Source: an uncultured Acidobacteriota bacterium (GTDB lineage: Bacteria > Acidobacteriota > Vicinamibacteria > Marinacidobacterales > SMYC01). From it: DNA of 64,000 nt. The stretch is taken from the NCBI GenBank assembly GCA_963820855.1, contig CAWGBY010000021.1, positions 133,354 through 197,353 on the forward strand, given 5' to 3'. Below the pieces are notes generated by a model. The model worked only from the letters and a program-made list of their open reading frames with translations, was not told the origin of the DNA and did not search any database. Of this stretch, positions 29,850-39,878 are shown in pieces; within the stretch, counting starts at the first letter, position 1, and every line of letters starts with the position of its first letter. Made by a program: the position numbers and the translations under genes.

Positions 29850-32291
29850 ATGGAATCCTGGATTCAAGATTTTGGGCACACCTTCAGGAATCTGGTGCGT
29901 TCCCCTGGCTTCACGCTCGTGGCTCTCCTGACGCTCGCCCTCGGCATCGGTGCCAACACGGCGATCTTCGCCATCGTGAACGGCGTCCTTTTGAAGCCGC
30001 TCGCCTACCCGAGCCCCGACGACCTGGTTCTGGTGACGAGCCAATTCCCCCAGATGGGATTCGATCAATTCTGGATCTCGCCTCCGGAGTTTCTCGAGCT
30101 AAAGGAGCGGAGCCGGTCGTTTCAGTCCATCGGCGCTTACTCGACGGGAGAAGGCAACCTGGGTACTCGCGATCGCCCCCGGCGGGCGCGAGCCGCCCGC
30201 GTCAGCGCCGAGTTCTTCGAGGCGCTCGGAGTGGCGCCTCTCCTTGGACGAACGATCCGTCCCGAAGAGACGCTTCCCGGGGCCGCGCCCGTCGCGGTTC
30301 TGACTTACGCCCTGTGGCAGTCGGTCTTCGCCGCCGACCCCGCTCTCGTGGGGAATACCATCGAGGTCGACGGCGAAACGATCGAGGTCGTGGGCGTGAT
30401 GCCCGAAGGTTTCGGCCTCGCTACCGAGCCGGTCGATGTCTTCGTGCCCGTCGCGATCGATCCCGCGAACCGAAAGAACCGCGGAACCCACTACCTCTAC
30501 CTCGTCGGTCGACTCGCTCCCGGCGTCAGTATCGAACGGGCGCGCGCGGAGCTTGAGACGCTTCTCGTGGACTGGCCGGGCGCGGACTTCCACGCTCCGA
30601 ACCTCACGACCCACCGTCTGCGAATCGACTCTCTTCAAGAGCAAGTGGTGGGAAACGCCCGGACCGCGATCTGGGCGCTGCAGGCGGCGGTGGGATTCGT
30701 ACTTCTCATTGCTTGCGCGAACCTGGCGAACCTGCTCATGGCTCGGGCGGAGTCCCGGCAGAGGGAGTTCGCGATTCGCTCCGCGCTCGGCGCCGCGGGC
30801 GGGCGTCTCGCGCGGCATTTCCTCGCGGAAGGACTCGTGCTCTCGTTCGTCGGCGGCGGGATCGGTGTCGCCCTCGCTCAGGCCGGCCTTGGTTTGCTGG
30901 TGGCCGCGTTTCCCGACGCGCTTCCGCGCGCGGGCGAAGTATCGATCGACGGGGCCGCTCTTCTGTTCATGATGGCGGTCGCCGTCGGCACCGCAATCGC
31001 ATTCGGACTCGCCCAGATGTTCCATTTGAGGGGAAGCTCGCTCACTGCGACGCTGCGGGAAGCCGGCCAGAGAAGTGCGACCGCGGGGCGCCGATTCCTC
31101 CGGCGCTTTCTCGTCGCCTCCGAGGTGGCGCTCGCCGTCGTCCTTGTCACCGGCGCGGGCCTCATGCTGCGTACGGTCTGGAACTTGACTCGCGTCGATG
31201 CCGGCTTCGACCGCGCCGGGCTCGTAACGTTCGCGCTCGACCTTCCCTCGTCCACTTACAAGGATGCCGGCGAGGTCTACTCCTTCTACGCGCGCCTTCT
31301 CGAGGATCTGCGCGCTCTTCCCGGAGTTCGAGGGGCTGCGATCGCGAACGGTCTTCCGCCGCTTCGCGACGTGAACGCGAACGACACCGACGTCGAGGAC
31401 TACCAGCAGTCCGAAGGGGAGGGCCCGGTCGAGAACGTGGACTACTGGCAATCCGCGTCGACCGGCTATGTGGAAACCATGGGGATTCCCGTGCTCGAAG
31501 GTCGATCGTTCCAGGCCTCGGACGAGGGAGGCGACCTCGTGGTCCTCGTCAACGAGACCATGGCGAAGACCTTCTGGCCGGGGACGAGCCCGGTCGGCCG
31601 GCGCTTGAAACCGGGCTTCGGCGATGAGCTTCCCTGGCTCACCGTCGTCGGCGTCGTGAAAGACGTCAAACAGGGCGGCGTCGACAAAGAAACCGGGACC
31701 GAGCTCTATTTCCACACCGAGCACATCGGAAGGGCGCTTCGGTTCGCGGACCGGAACATGAACGTCGTCCTCCGCACGGACGCCGGGGCTGCGGCGCTCG
31801 CGGGAAGCATCCAGCGCATCGTGGCCGCGAAAGACTCCTCTCTTCCCATCATCGATTTAAGGGACATGGATGAGGTCTTTTCTCAGGCCATCGGACGCCC
31901 CCGGCTTCTGGCGCAGCTCCTCGTCGGATTCGCCGTCCTGGCGCTCCTCATGGCGGCCCTCGGGACCTACGGCGTCCTCGCGTACGTCGTGGCCGAGAGG
32001 CGCCGCGAGATCGGAGTTCGCATGGCGCTCGGAGCGGCGCGCGGAGCCGTCCTCTCGATGGTGCTCCGCCAGGGAATCGGCCTGACGCTGGTCGGCCTCG
32101 TCGTGGGCCTCGCGGGCGCGCTCGCGGTGAACCGCCTCGCGGCGGCGCTCTTCTTCGGCGTCGAGCCCGCGGACCCCGTGACCTATGTCTCGGTCTCGCT
32201 CTTCATCTGCGTCGTCGGTCTCGTCGCCTGCTACGTTCCCGCGCGTCGGGCAACCCGGGTGGATCCGATCGTCGTGTTGAGGCAGGAATAG
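29850..32291 (+). CDS. ADOP-family duplicated MacB-like ABC permease (two FtsX domains), no adjacent ATPase
   Basis: Intact 813-aa [57 protein letters not shown]. First FtsX module RQREFAIRSALGA. Second module RRREIGVRMALGA. C-terminus YVPARRATRVDPIVVLRQE. Confidence 0.85.
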   Translation: MESWIQDFGHTFRNLVRSPGFTLVALLTLALGIGANTAIFAIVNGVLLKPLAYPSPDDLVLVTSQFPQMGFDQFWISPPEFLELKERSRSFQSIGAYSTGEGNLGTRDRPRRARAARVSAEFFEALGVAPLLGRTIRPEETLPGAAPVAVLTYALWQSVFAADPALVGNTIEVDGETIEVVGVMPEGFGLATEPVDVFVPVAIDPANRKNRGTHYLYLVGRLAPGVSIERARAELETLLVDWPGADFHAPNLTTHRLRIDSLQEQVVGNARTAIWALQAAVGFVLLIACANLANLLMARAESRQREFAIRSALGAAGGRLARHFLAEGLVLSFVGGGIGVALAQAGLGLLVAAFPDALPRAGEVSIDGAALLFMMAVAVGTAIAFGLAQMFHLRGSSLTATLREAGQRSATAGRRFLRRFLVASEVALAVVLVTGAGLMLRTVWNLTRVDAGFDRAGLVTFALDLPSSTYKDAGEVYSFYARLLEDLRALPGVRGAAIANGLPPLRDVNANDTDVEDYQQSEGEGPVENVDYWQSASTGYVETMGIPVLEGRSFQASDEGGDLVVLVNETMAKTFWPGTSPVGRRLKPGFGDELPWLTVVGVVKDVKQGGVDKETGTELYFHTEHIGRALRFADRNMNVVLRTDAGAAALAGSIQRIVAAKDSSLPIIDLRDMDEVFSQAIGRPRLLAQLLVGFAVLALLMAALGTYGVLAYVVAERRREIGVRMALGAARGAVLSMVLRQGIGLTLVGLVVGLAGALAVNRLAAALFFGVEPADPVTYVSVSLFICVVGLVACYVPARRATRVDPIVVLRQE

Positions 32292-32356
32292 AGCCAGAGC
32301 GAGGGAGCGAGGCGCGCTTCAAAAAGGCTCCTCCCCGCTCAGATGTCCGGGAGAGA

Positions 32357-32913
32357 CTAGTAAAGCCGGGCCTCGGATTCGAGGGATGAACCGCCGGCGC
32401 GCATCCGAAGCGCACTCCGTCTCGAGCTGCGTGCATGGCCTTCTCGGTTTCGGAAATCATGCCGGGGATTTTCGCGCAGTTCTCCGGTCCGACGCCCCAG
32501 CTCACGTCTCCGTTTCGGCTCGACATCGGGTCCAGGACGCCGACCGGCATCTCGTTGCTGTCGCACTGCTCCTTCACCTGGAGAAGAAGGGCGAGCCGTT
32601 CTTTCTTTTCGGCATACCGCGCTCGATACTCCGCGAGCCGCTCGCCCCAGGCAGCTTTCTCGGTCTCTTTCGTCGCCCGCCATTCTTCGAGACTGGAAGC
32701 GCTCTTAGGAGCCGCCACCTCCGAAGGTCCTTCGGACTCGGAAGGCACAGACTCGTCTTCTTGCGGGACGGCCAGGTCGTCGTCCGTGTACACCTTGGCG
32801 GCTTCGGTGCGTTCGCTTTCGGCTTTGCGTCGATCTTTCTCTTTTTTCGCGACCTCGCCCAGGGACTGAGTTCCGGCGAGAGCAAGGATGAGAAGGTACG
32901 CGCTCGTGGACAT
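32357..32913 (-). CDS. hypothetical secreted, charged coiled-coil-like protein; 3' end uncertain
   Basis: Internal Met of ORF 32203..32931: MSTSAYLLILALAGTQSLGEVAKKEKDRRKAESERTEAAKVYT, WRATKETEKAAWGERLAEYRARYAEKKERLALLLQVKEQCDSN. The C-terminus probably switches to the frame of ORF 32357..32683 (SSLESEARLY*). The alternative reading runs antisense into the ADOP gene. Confidence 0.4.
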
Positions 32914-32975
32914 GGGGCACCCCCAACCCAAACTACATCGAAGAGGCGGATCTATTCAAGCATTGAGTTGCGATG

Positions 32976-34045
32976 CTAGACGTTGTTCAGAATCGCGAGG
33001 GCGGTGCCGCCCGACGATCTGCGCTGCGGTCGGCGGCGGAAAGTCCGTCGAGCGCCGCGACGGCGCCCGGACATCGAGCCCGGGAGGTGCGGGTAGTCGG
33101 AGCCGAACGCGATGTGGTCGGCTCCCGCGAGCTCACGAACGAAGGCGATGGTCGACGGAGCGGCGGAGACCGTATCGAAGTAGAGCTTCTTCAAATAGAA
33201 GCTCGGCGGCTCCGCAATCTTCGCGCGGCACTGGGGAAAGTCCCGATATCCCTGATCGAGGCGCGGCAGGAGATAGGGGATCGCGCCCCCGAGGTGCGGG
33301 CACGAGAAATCGGATGCGCGGGAAGTCCTGAAAGAGGCCGTCGAAGCACATCCGCGCGACGGCGAGGGTGGAATCGAAGGGAAACCCGACCAGCGGACCG
33401 AGCACGTAGTCCTTGAGCTCCTCCGCCATTCCCATGGGAAGCATCGGATGAATGAGGACGAAGAGACCCCGGCGATCGGCCTCTTCGAAGAACGGCCGAA
33501 AGCGCGGATCGGTGAGCGGCTTCCCGCGAATGTGGCTCAGGAGGAGGACACCCTGGAGCTTGAGCTCGTCGAGCGCGCGCGCGAGCTCCCTCGACGCTTC
33601 GTCGGGTAGGTCCATGGGAATCGAGGCGAGGGCCTTGAATCGCCGCGGATGCCGGCTGATGAGCTCCGCGTAGGCGTCGTTGGTTTTTCGCGCGATCTCG
33701 GCCTCTCGCTCCTTCGTCCGCGAAGTACACGTTCGGGACGGAGAGCGAGAGCACCTGAACGTCGACGCCCACGCGGTCCATCTCTTCGATGCGGAGCGCC
33801 GGCGTCGGTCATCGGCGGCTGGATCCCGAAAAAGCGCGTGCCGCGGAACTCGATGGTGGTGGTGCCGGAGGCGTCCGTCGCGAATCGGTAGTCCGGAGCT
33901 CCGAGCTCGCGAATCATCTCGAACTAGGATGGCGGGATAGAAGTGGGTGTGGATGTCGATCCGGGGCGTGGGAGACTGGCGTCCTCGCCGAATCGCGCCG
34001 AGGGCGAGGGCGGGCACGGTCTGCGAGAAACTCTCGTCGTTTCAT
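32976..34045 (-). CDS. amidohydrolase_2-family metal-dependent hydrolase/decarboxylase with Tat-type signal; frameshifted in this assembly
   Basis: MKRREFL start (ATG 34045), then PALALGAIRRGRQSPTPRIDIHTHFYP (ORF 33133..34017). MIRELGAPDYRFATDASGTTTIEFRGTRFFG (33537..33917). MDRVGVDVQVLSLSVPNVYF (33191..33781). FKALASIPMDLPDEASRELARALDELKLQGVLLLSHIRGKPLTDPRFRPFFEEADRRGLFVLIHP. C-terminus YFDTVSAAPSTIAFVRELAGADHIAFGSDYPH (32976..33194). Confidence 0.7.
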
Positions 34046-34060
34046 GACCATCGGGGGCCT

Positions 34061-34107
34061 CGAAAAGAAAAAAGGCTGCCGCCTCCCTCGAGGGAAGCGG
34101 CAGCCTT
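34061..34107 (-). terminator. rho-independent terminator (minus strand) downstream of aminotransferase 1
   Basis: Read on the minus strand: AAGGCTGCCGCTTCCCTCGAGGGAGGCGGCAGCCTT, a near-perfect 16-bp stem, followed by TTTTTCTTTTCG. It begins 20 nt after the TAG at 34128-34130 and ends 15 nt before the ATG at 34045. Confidence 0.75.
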
Positions 34108-34127
34108 CGGAACGCTTCGCGTTTTGC

Positions 34128-35308
34128 CTAGGCCGCCTTGGCCTTCGCCGCGGACAGCACCTTGTCGAATACCTGGACCGCGCGCTGCATCTCGTCCATC
34201 GTTCCGATCGAGATGCGGCAGTGCGTCCAGTAGCGGCGGGAAGGGACGTCCGACCTTGACGCCTTCCTTGGCGCAGCCGGCCTGGAAGTCCTCGACCGGC
34301 ATGGCGACGTCGACGAAGGTGAAGTTGGCCTGCGCGTCGGTCGCCTTGTAGCCGCGATCGGCGAACCACTTCAGCATGAACGCCCGCGCCTCTTCGTTGC
34401 GCTTGCCCTCGTTCGGGATGTAGCTCGGATCGGCGGCGTCGCGCTCGAGCGCGGCGAGGACGGCGCTGTAGCTCAGCCCGGAAATGGTGTTTCCCATGTG
34501 GAACTTGTCGAGCTCCTTGATGGTGTTCTCGTGAGCGATCGCATAGCCGACGCGAAGTCCCGCCATGCCGTACGCCTTCGAGAAGGTGCGCGCGACGATG
34601 AGCCGCGGCTCCTGGATCGCCATCGGGATCATCGTCTCGTGGCCGGGAGTGGTCACGTAGTCGATGTAGGCCTCGTCGACGAGGATGCGGAGGTCCTTGT
34701 TCGCCTTGAGCGCCCGCGGGAGGAACTCCTTCGAGTCCGAGGGGTTCACCAGGGACGCCACCGGGTTATTGGGGTTGCAGTAGAAGAGCATCCCCGAGCC
34801 CTTGAGCGCGTACATCGTCTTGTCGAGGTCCATCCGGAAGTCGGCGGTGAGCGGAACCGCCTTGGTGCGGCTTCCGATGAGCGACGCGTAGCCGAAGCAC
34901 TCCTCGTAGGTCGGAAGCGATCCGACGACGCGCCTTTTCCTTCGAGGTGTAGATGTGCGTGGCGTTCACGAGGATCTGGGTCGATCCCGCGCCCACCAGC
35001 ACGTTCTCGGGCTTCACGTTCCACTTCTTCGCGATCAGCTCGTTGAGCGGCGTCAGGAGCGCGAAGGGATACCGTCCCGCCGACGCTCCGGTCGGTCCGA
35101 GCGCCCGTTCGATGGCGTCGAGAACGCCCTGGCCCGGCCCCATGGGGTTCTCGTTGTTCGACAGGTTGATCACCTGGCTCGGTGACACTCCGGTCTGGGC
35201 GGCGAAGGCGATCGCCTCCTGCCGGCGCGTGCTCACGAGTGACGCCGCATACGCGCCCGCGGCGCCGACGCCCAAGGTCCTCACGAAATCGCGTCGCGAA
35301 AGCGACAT
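34128..35308 (-). CDS. HisC-like class I/II PLP aminotransferase with Tat-type signal (paralog 1); frameshifted in this assembly
   Basis: MSLSRRDFVRTLGVGAAGAYAASL, then INLSNNENPMGPG (ORF 34766..35308). LFYCNPNNPVASL, LVDEAYIDYV, ARTFSKAYGMAGLRVGYAIA (ORF 34042..34833). C-terminus by my own translation: YWTHCRISIGTMDEMQRAVQVFDKVLSAAKAKAA*, stop at 34128-34130. Confidence 0.75.
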
Positions 35309-35361
35309 GGACAGCCTCCTTCTGAGCAGTTTTCTCGTTATTCGATTTCTTCATGTCGCAC

Positions 35362-36565
35362 CTAGCTCTTTCCCTGGGCCGCCGCATCGGTCGGCGCCGA
35401 TCCCAGCACCTGGCGGAAGACTTCCGTCGCCCGCTTCATCTCGTCGAGAGTCCCGATCGAGATGCGCGCGTGGGTCTTCTCGTACGGCGGGAAGTCGCGG
35501 CCCACCTGGCCACCTTGAACTTCGCGCATCCGTCGCGGAACTGCTTCGCGGGCATGTTGGTCTTCACGAAGATGAAGTTGGTCTGGCTGTTCGTCGCCCA
35601 GTAGCCCGCGTCGCTGAAGAAGTCGAGCGTGTACTTCCGCGCTTCGGTGTTGCGGGCGATCTCCTTCGCGAGGTGAGCCGGATCGTCGAGCGATGCGCTC
35701 ACCGCGGCGAGGCCGAGGACGTTGGTCCCGAAGGTCAGCTTGTAGGGGGCGAGCTTCGAGATGGGGTCCTTTCCGCCGACCGCGTAGCCCTGGCGGAGCC
35801 CGGCCATGCCGTACGCCTTGGAGAACGTCCGGCTGACGAACACGTTCCGATACTGGAGCGGCGAGCTCGACGGAGCTCGAGTAGTTGGGATCGGTCACGT
35901 AGTCGTGGTACGCCTCGTCGATGAGGATGTAGGTGTACGGCGATTCCTTGGCGACGTAGCGAACGAAGTCCGCCATCGCGGTCCTTCCATGCGCCGTGCC
36001 CGTCGGGTTGTTGGGGTTGCAGAGGAAGACCAGACCGGCGCCGAGCGCCGCGCCGGCCATCTTGTCGAGGTCGAGCCCGAGATCATCAGCCATGGCGACG
36101 GTCTTCACCGGCACTCCGAAGTACTCGGAGTCGCGAACGGGATTCTCGTAGGAGCACTCGCCGCTCACGAGCGGCCGATCCGGGCGCGCAGAACGCGCGG
36201 ATCGAGTTGCGGAGGATCTCGGTCGATCCGGGAGCGAGGACCACGTTCTCCGGCTTCGCTTCGAACATCGTCGCGATGCGCTTCTGCGATCGCGGAGTCG
36301 GTAATCTTGCTGTTCATCGGATAACGGTTCGCCTCGCCGAGGTTCTCCCGGATCGCGGAGACCGCCGAGGGGCCAGGCCCCATCGGGTTCTCGTTGCTGC
36401 TGATGCGAATCTCGTCGGCGTCCGGAGGCGGAATGTAAGGGCGATGGAACATGAGCCCATCTCTCCTTCGATCGCCTCTCGCCCGCGGGCGGCGATGAGC
36501 GCGGGCGACAGGGCGCCGGCTCCGGGACGTACGGTGCGCAGAAACGCGCGGCGGGACAGCGTCAT
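35362..36565 (-). CDS. HisC-like class I/II PLP aminotransferase with Tat-type signal (paralog 2); frameshifted in this assembly
   Basis: MTLSRRAFLRTVRPGAGALSPALIAARG (ATG 36565, GGAGG 5 nt upstream). RISSNENPMGPGPS (36165..36452). VFLCNPNNPTGTA and LIDEAYHDYV (35362..36168). SRTFSKAYGMAGLRQGYAVG (35436..35843). C-terminus VGRDFPPYEKTHARISIGTLDEMKRATEVFRQVLG. Confidence 0.75.
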
Positions 36566-36762
36566 GGGATCCTCCTTGGGAACTTCAACCACAGGCGCGG
36601 CGGCAGCTGGACCCTCGGATATTGTCGAGGACCCCCGGATGCATTCGAAGTACTTACCGCCAGAAAGTTACATTAAATTACAACTGAACGCCGGGCAACG
36701 CAAGCGGGATAATGCACCGAGACAATGGTTTGAAGGCGCACGGTGTGGGAATCGCCTTACAT

Positions 36763-36774
36763 CATTAATTAATG
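36763..36774. promoter_or_regulatory. perfect A/T-rich 12-nt palindrome CATTAATTAATG in the aminotransferase upstream region
   Basis: It is its own reverse complement. It sits in the A/T-rich 232-nt gap between the ADOP stop (36798) and the aminotransferase-2 start (36565). No function is demonstrated. Confidence 0.25.
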
Positions 36775-36797
36775 CGGACTTCCGTGCTGTTTCCGGG

Positions 36798-39464
36798 TTA
36801 TTCCTGTCTCAACGTTCGTATCGGGTCGATCCGGCTCGCTCGCCTCGCCGGGAGATACGTCGCGAGGAGTCCGGCGGCTGCAGCCACGATCACGACGGAG
36901 GCGAGGGTCAGGGGGTCTAGCCTTCCGATTCCAAAGAGGAAGCTCTCGAACGTCCTTGCCAGGACCACGGCGAGCGCGACTCCGAGCACGATCCCGAGCG
37001 CGGAGAGACGAGCGCCTTCTCCCAGAACGAGGCCGAGGACGTCCTTCGGCCGCGCGCCGAGCGACATGCGCACGCCGAGCTCCCGCGTTCTCTGTCCCAC
37101 CGCTTGAGACATGAGCCCGTAGATTCCGATCGCCGCGAGTCCGAGGGCGAGCGCGGCGAAGAACGAGAAGAGGATCATCGTGAATCGCGGCTCGGCGACG
37201 CTCGCGGAGATCCGCTCGTCGAGAGTCGCGACGTCGCCGATCGCGAGCTCGGGATCCAGATCGTGAATCACCTGTCGCACCCGGTCGAGGGTCGGCGCCC
37301 CTTCCTGCGAGCGCACCAGCACGAAGAACCCGGAAAAGGGGGCCTGCGAGAAGAGGGGATAGATCGCCGGAGGCGACTCTTCCGCGAGCCCTAGAAATTT
37401 CTCGTCCTTCACCACCCCCACGATCTCGCGCGTGAGGTCCCACGAGAAGAGCCGCGCGCCGAGCGGCCTCCTCGTCGCGGAAGTAGCGCCGAACGAAGGC
37501 GTCGTTCACGAGAATCACCGGCGGCGAGCCTGCGCGATCGTCGTCCTCGGAGAAGTCGCGGCCGCGGAGCACGGGAACGCCCAGGGTACGGAAATAGCCG
37601 GGGCTCACCGTGCGAATGCGCACTTCGTCCAGCTCTCCGGGCGCGACCGCCGGACGGCCCTCGATGGTGAATCGGCTGGTCCAGCCCGGATCGAGAGGGG
37701 TATTGAGGGCGAGAGCCGCGGAGTCGATTCCCGGCGTCTCCGAGAGCCGCGCCAGGATCTCGGTCTGAAACGCGCGCACCTCGTTCCACCGGGGCCACTC
37801 GGGAAACCGCTGGGGATAACGCGACGCCGGAAGATCGAGAGCCACGGCGAGGACGTTTCTGGCCCCGAAGCCGGGGTCTACGCGCAAGAGGGCGACGAAG
37901 CTTCGAATGAGAAGACCCGCGCCGAAGACCAGCACCACGGCGAGAGCGATTTCTGCCACCAGCAGGCCGTGACGAATTCGGCGGGTCGCGCGGCCGGCAC
38001 CCGCTTCGCGCGCTCCCTCGCCCAACTTCGCGCGGAGGTTGAACCTCGATCCGGCGAGAGCGGGAAGAGCTCCGAAGAGGAGCGCCGCGGCGAACGAGAG
38101 CCCGAGCGCGAACGCGAGCACCGCGGGGTTGGTCTCGACGTTCGAGGCGCGCGGGAGGTCGGATGGGGCGAGCGCGAGAAGAGCGCTCCGTAGCCCCGCG
38201 GCGACCCCGAGCGCCAGGAACCCTCCCGCGAACGCGAGGACGAGACTTTCGACGAGCTGCTGCCGGAAGAGCGTGAAGCGGTCCGCTCCGAGCGCGGACT
38301 GGATCGCGCCGCTCGTGCGCGCGGGCGAGCGCCCGGGAGGACAGGATGCCCGCGACGTTGACGCAGGCTACGAGCAGCACGAAGCCGACGGCGCCGAAAC
38401 AGGAGCAGGAGACCGTCCCGAGTTTCTCCCACCGTCGACTGGTAGAGCGTCTCTCCCCACATGCCGCGGCCGGCGTTGTCATCCGGATACGCCGCCTCGA
38501 GTCGGCTCGCGAGACCGCGAAGCTCGGCGTTCACCGCCTCGAGATCGACGCCTTCCTTCATGCGTGCGACGACGGAGATTCCATGTTGGCCGCGATTAGA
38601 CTCGCTCGGCGCCTCGAGCGGGAAGTAGAGCGCGACCTCCGCGGACGGAAAGTCGAGCCGCTCCGGCATGACGCCCACGATCTCGCGGGAGACCCCGTCG
38701 AGAACCAGTCGCTTTCCCAGGATGTCCGACCGCTCTCCGAAACGCGTCCGAAAGACGTCGAAGCTCAGGATCACGACGGGAGGAGCGCCCTCCCGGTCTT
38801 CTTCGGCGCGGAAGCCGCGGCCGATGGCGGGAGAGACGCCGAGCACTTCCGAGAGCGAAGCGCTGACTGCGCACCGCGCTCTCGCGCCGCGGCTCGTCTT
38901 CCTCCGAAGTCCAGGTGGTCGTGAGGAAGGTGAACGCGGCCATCGAGTCGAAAACGCTGGTTGTCCGTCGCGGACGTCGACGTAGTCCGGAAGCGAGAAT
39001 CCCTCCTGCGTCGTGCCGCGGAGCCGGTCGTTCTCCCAGAGGCTCAGCAGGCGATCGGGATCCCGAGTACGGAAGCGGCCGCAGGAGCACGCCTTCGACG
39101 ACGCTGAAGATCGCGGTGTTGGCGCCGATTCCGAGCGCCAGAGTGACGAGGATGATCGCGGTCGGCCCCTTCGTCTTCGCGAGCGAGCGAACCGCGAAGC
39201 GCAGCTCTCGAATCAGGGTGCTCATCGGGGAACGTTCTCCTTTCGTGCGCTCGACCATGAGAAGGCGCCGGCATTCCCGCCTCACGAGGGCTTCGTCGCC
39301 GAAGCGCTCTCCGAGCGAGCCCGCGGGCTTCCTCCTCGGAATATCCGCGCCTCGCGGTAGTCGCGGGCCCGCAGATCGAGGTGGAGCTGGATCTCGTCGT
39401 CGATCTCCTCTTCGACCGTCGACGAGTCGACGAGGGCGCGGAGCCAGAGACGAAGCGTCTTCAC
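36798..39464 (-). CDS. ADOP-family duplicated MacB-like ABC permease; heavily frameshifted in this assembly
   Basis: N-terminus [36 protein letters not shown] (GTG 39464). [53 protein letters not shown] (38596..39969 frame). Middle parts in ORFs 37878..38846 and 36769..38121. Intact C-terminal FtsX module in ORF 36798..37421 ([32 protein letters not shown]). Confidence 0.75.
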
Positions 39465-39795
39465 GGCGAGCCCAGGATCTTCTGGACCGCGGTCTGGAAG
39501 CCGGCCCACTCCGCGCGCTGGGAGTCGCAGCCGCCGCCGGCCGCTTCGGGTGATGCGATAGAACTTGGCGCGGCGGTTGTTCTCGGTGGTGCCCCAGGAG
39601 GACTGGACGAAGCCCCGGCGCTCCAAGCGGTAGAGCGCCGGGTAGAGCGAGCCCTCGTCGACTTTCAACGCGTCGTCGGTGAGCTCCTCGATGCGGCGTC
39701 CGATGGCGTAGCCGTTCACCGGCTCCGTCCTCGAGAAGGCGGAGCAGCAGGAGCTCTAGGGTTCCGTGCAGAAGCTCCGAGCCGTGAGGAGGCAT
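39461..39795 (-). CDS. PadR-family transcriptional regulator (acidobacterial type); frameshifted in this assembly
   Basis: [21 protein letters not shown] (ATG 39795, AAGGAAGG upstream). [63 protein letters not shown] (ORF 39282..39719). C-terminus by my own translation: [22 protein letters not shown]. Its TGA overlaps the permease GTG (GTGA). Confidence 0.8.
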
Positions 39796-39807
39796 TGGTC
39801 GCGCCTT

Positions 39808-39824
39808 CCTTAGATAATCTAAGG
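39808..39824. promoter_or_regulatory. perfect inverted repeat CCTTAGAT-A-ATCTAAGG, candidate PadR operator
   Basis: 8+8 nt perfect palindrome, 13 nt upstream of the padR ATG (39795), in the 83-nt divergent gap to the S9 peptidase gene. Confidence 0.45.
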
Positions 39825-39878
39825 GAGACGTAGTTCGGATTCGGCCCTCTGTCAAGAGAGCTGCTAAGATACCGCCTC

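Noticed and set aside
32203-32356. Extension of the hypothetical gene (ORF 32203..32931) into the 3' end of the ADOP permease.
   Set aside because: It would overlap the intact ADOP gene by ~90 nt antisense, with Arg-rich sequence. An alternative frame ends cleanly at 32357.
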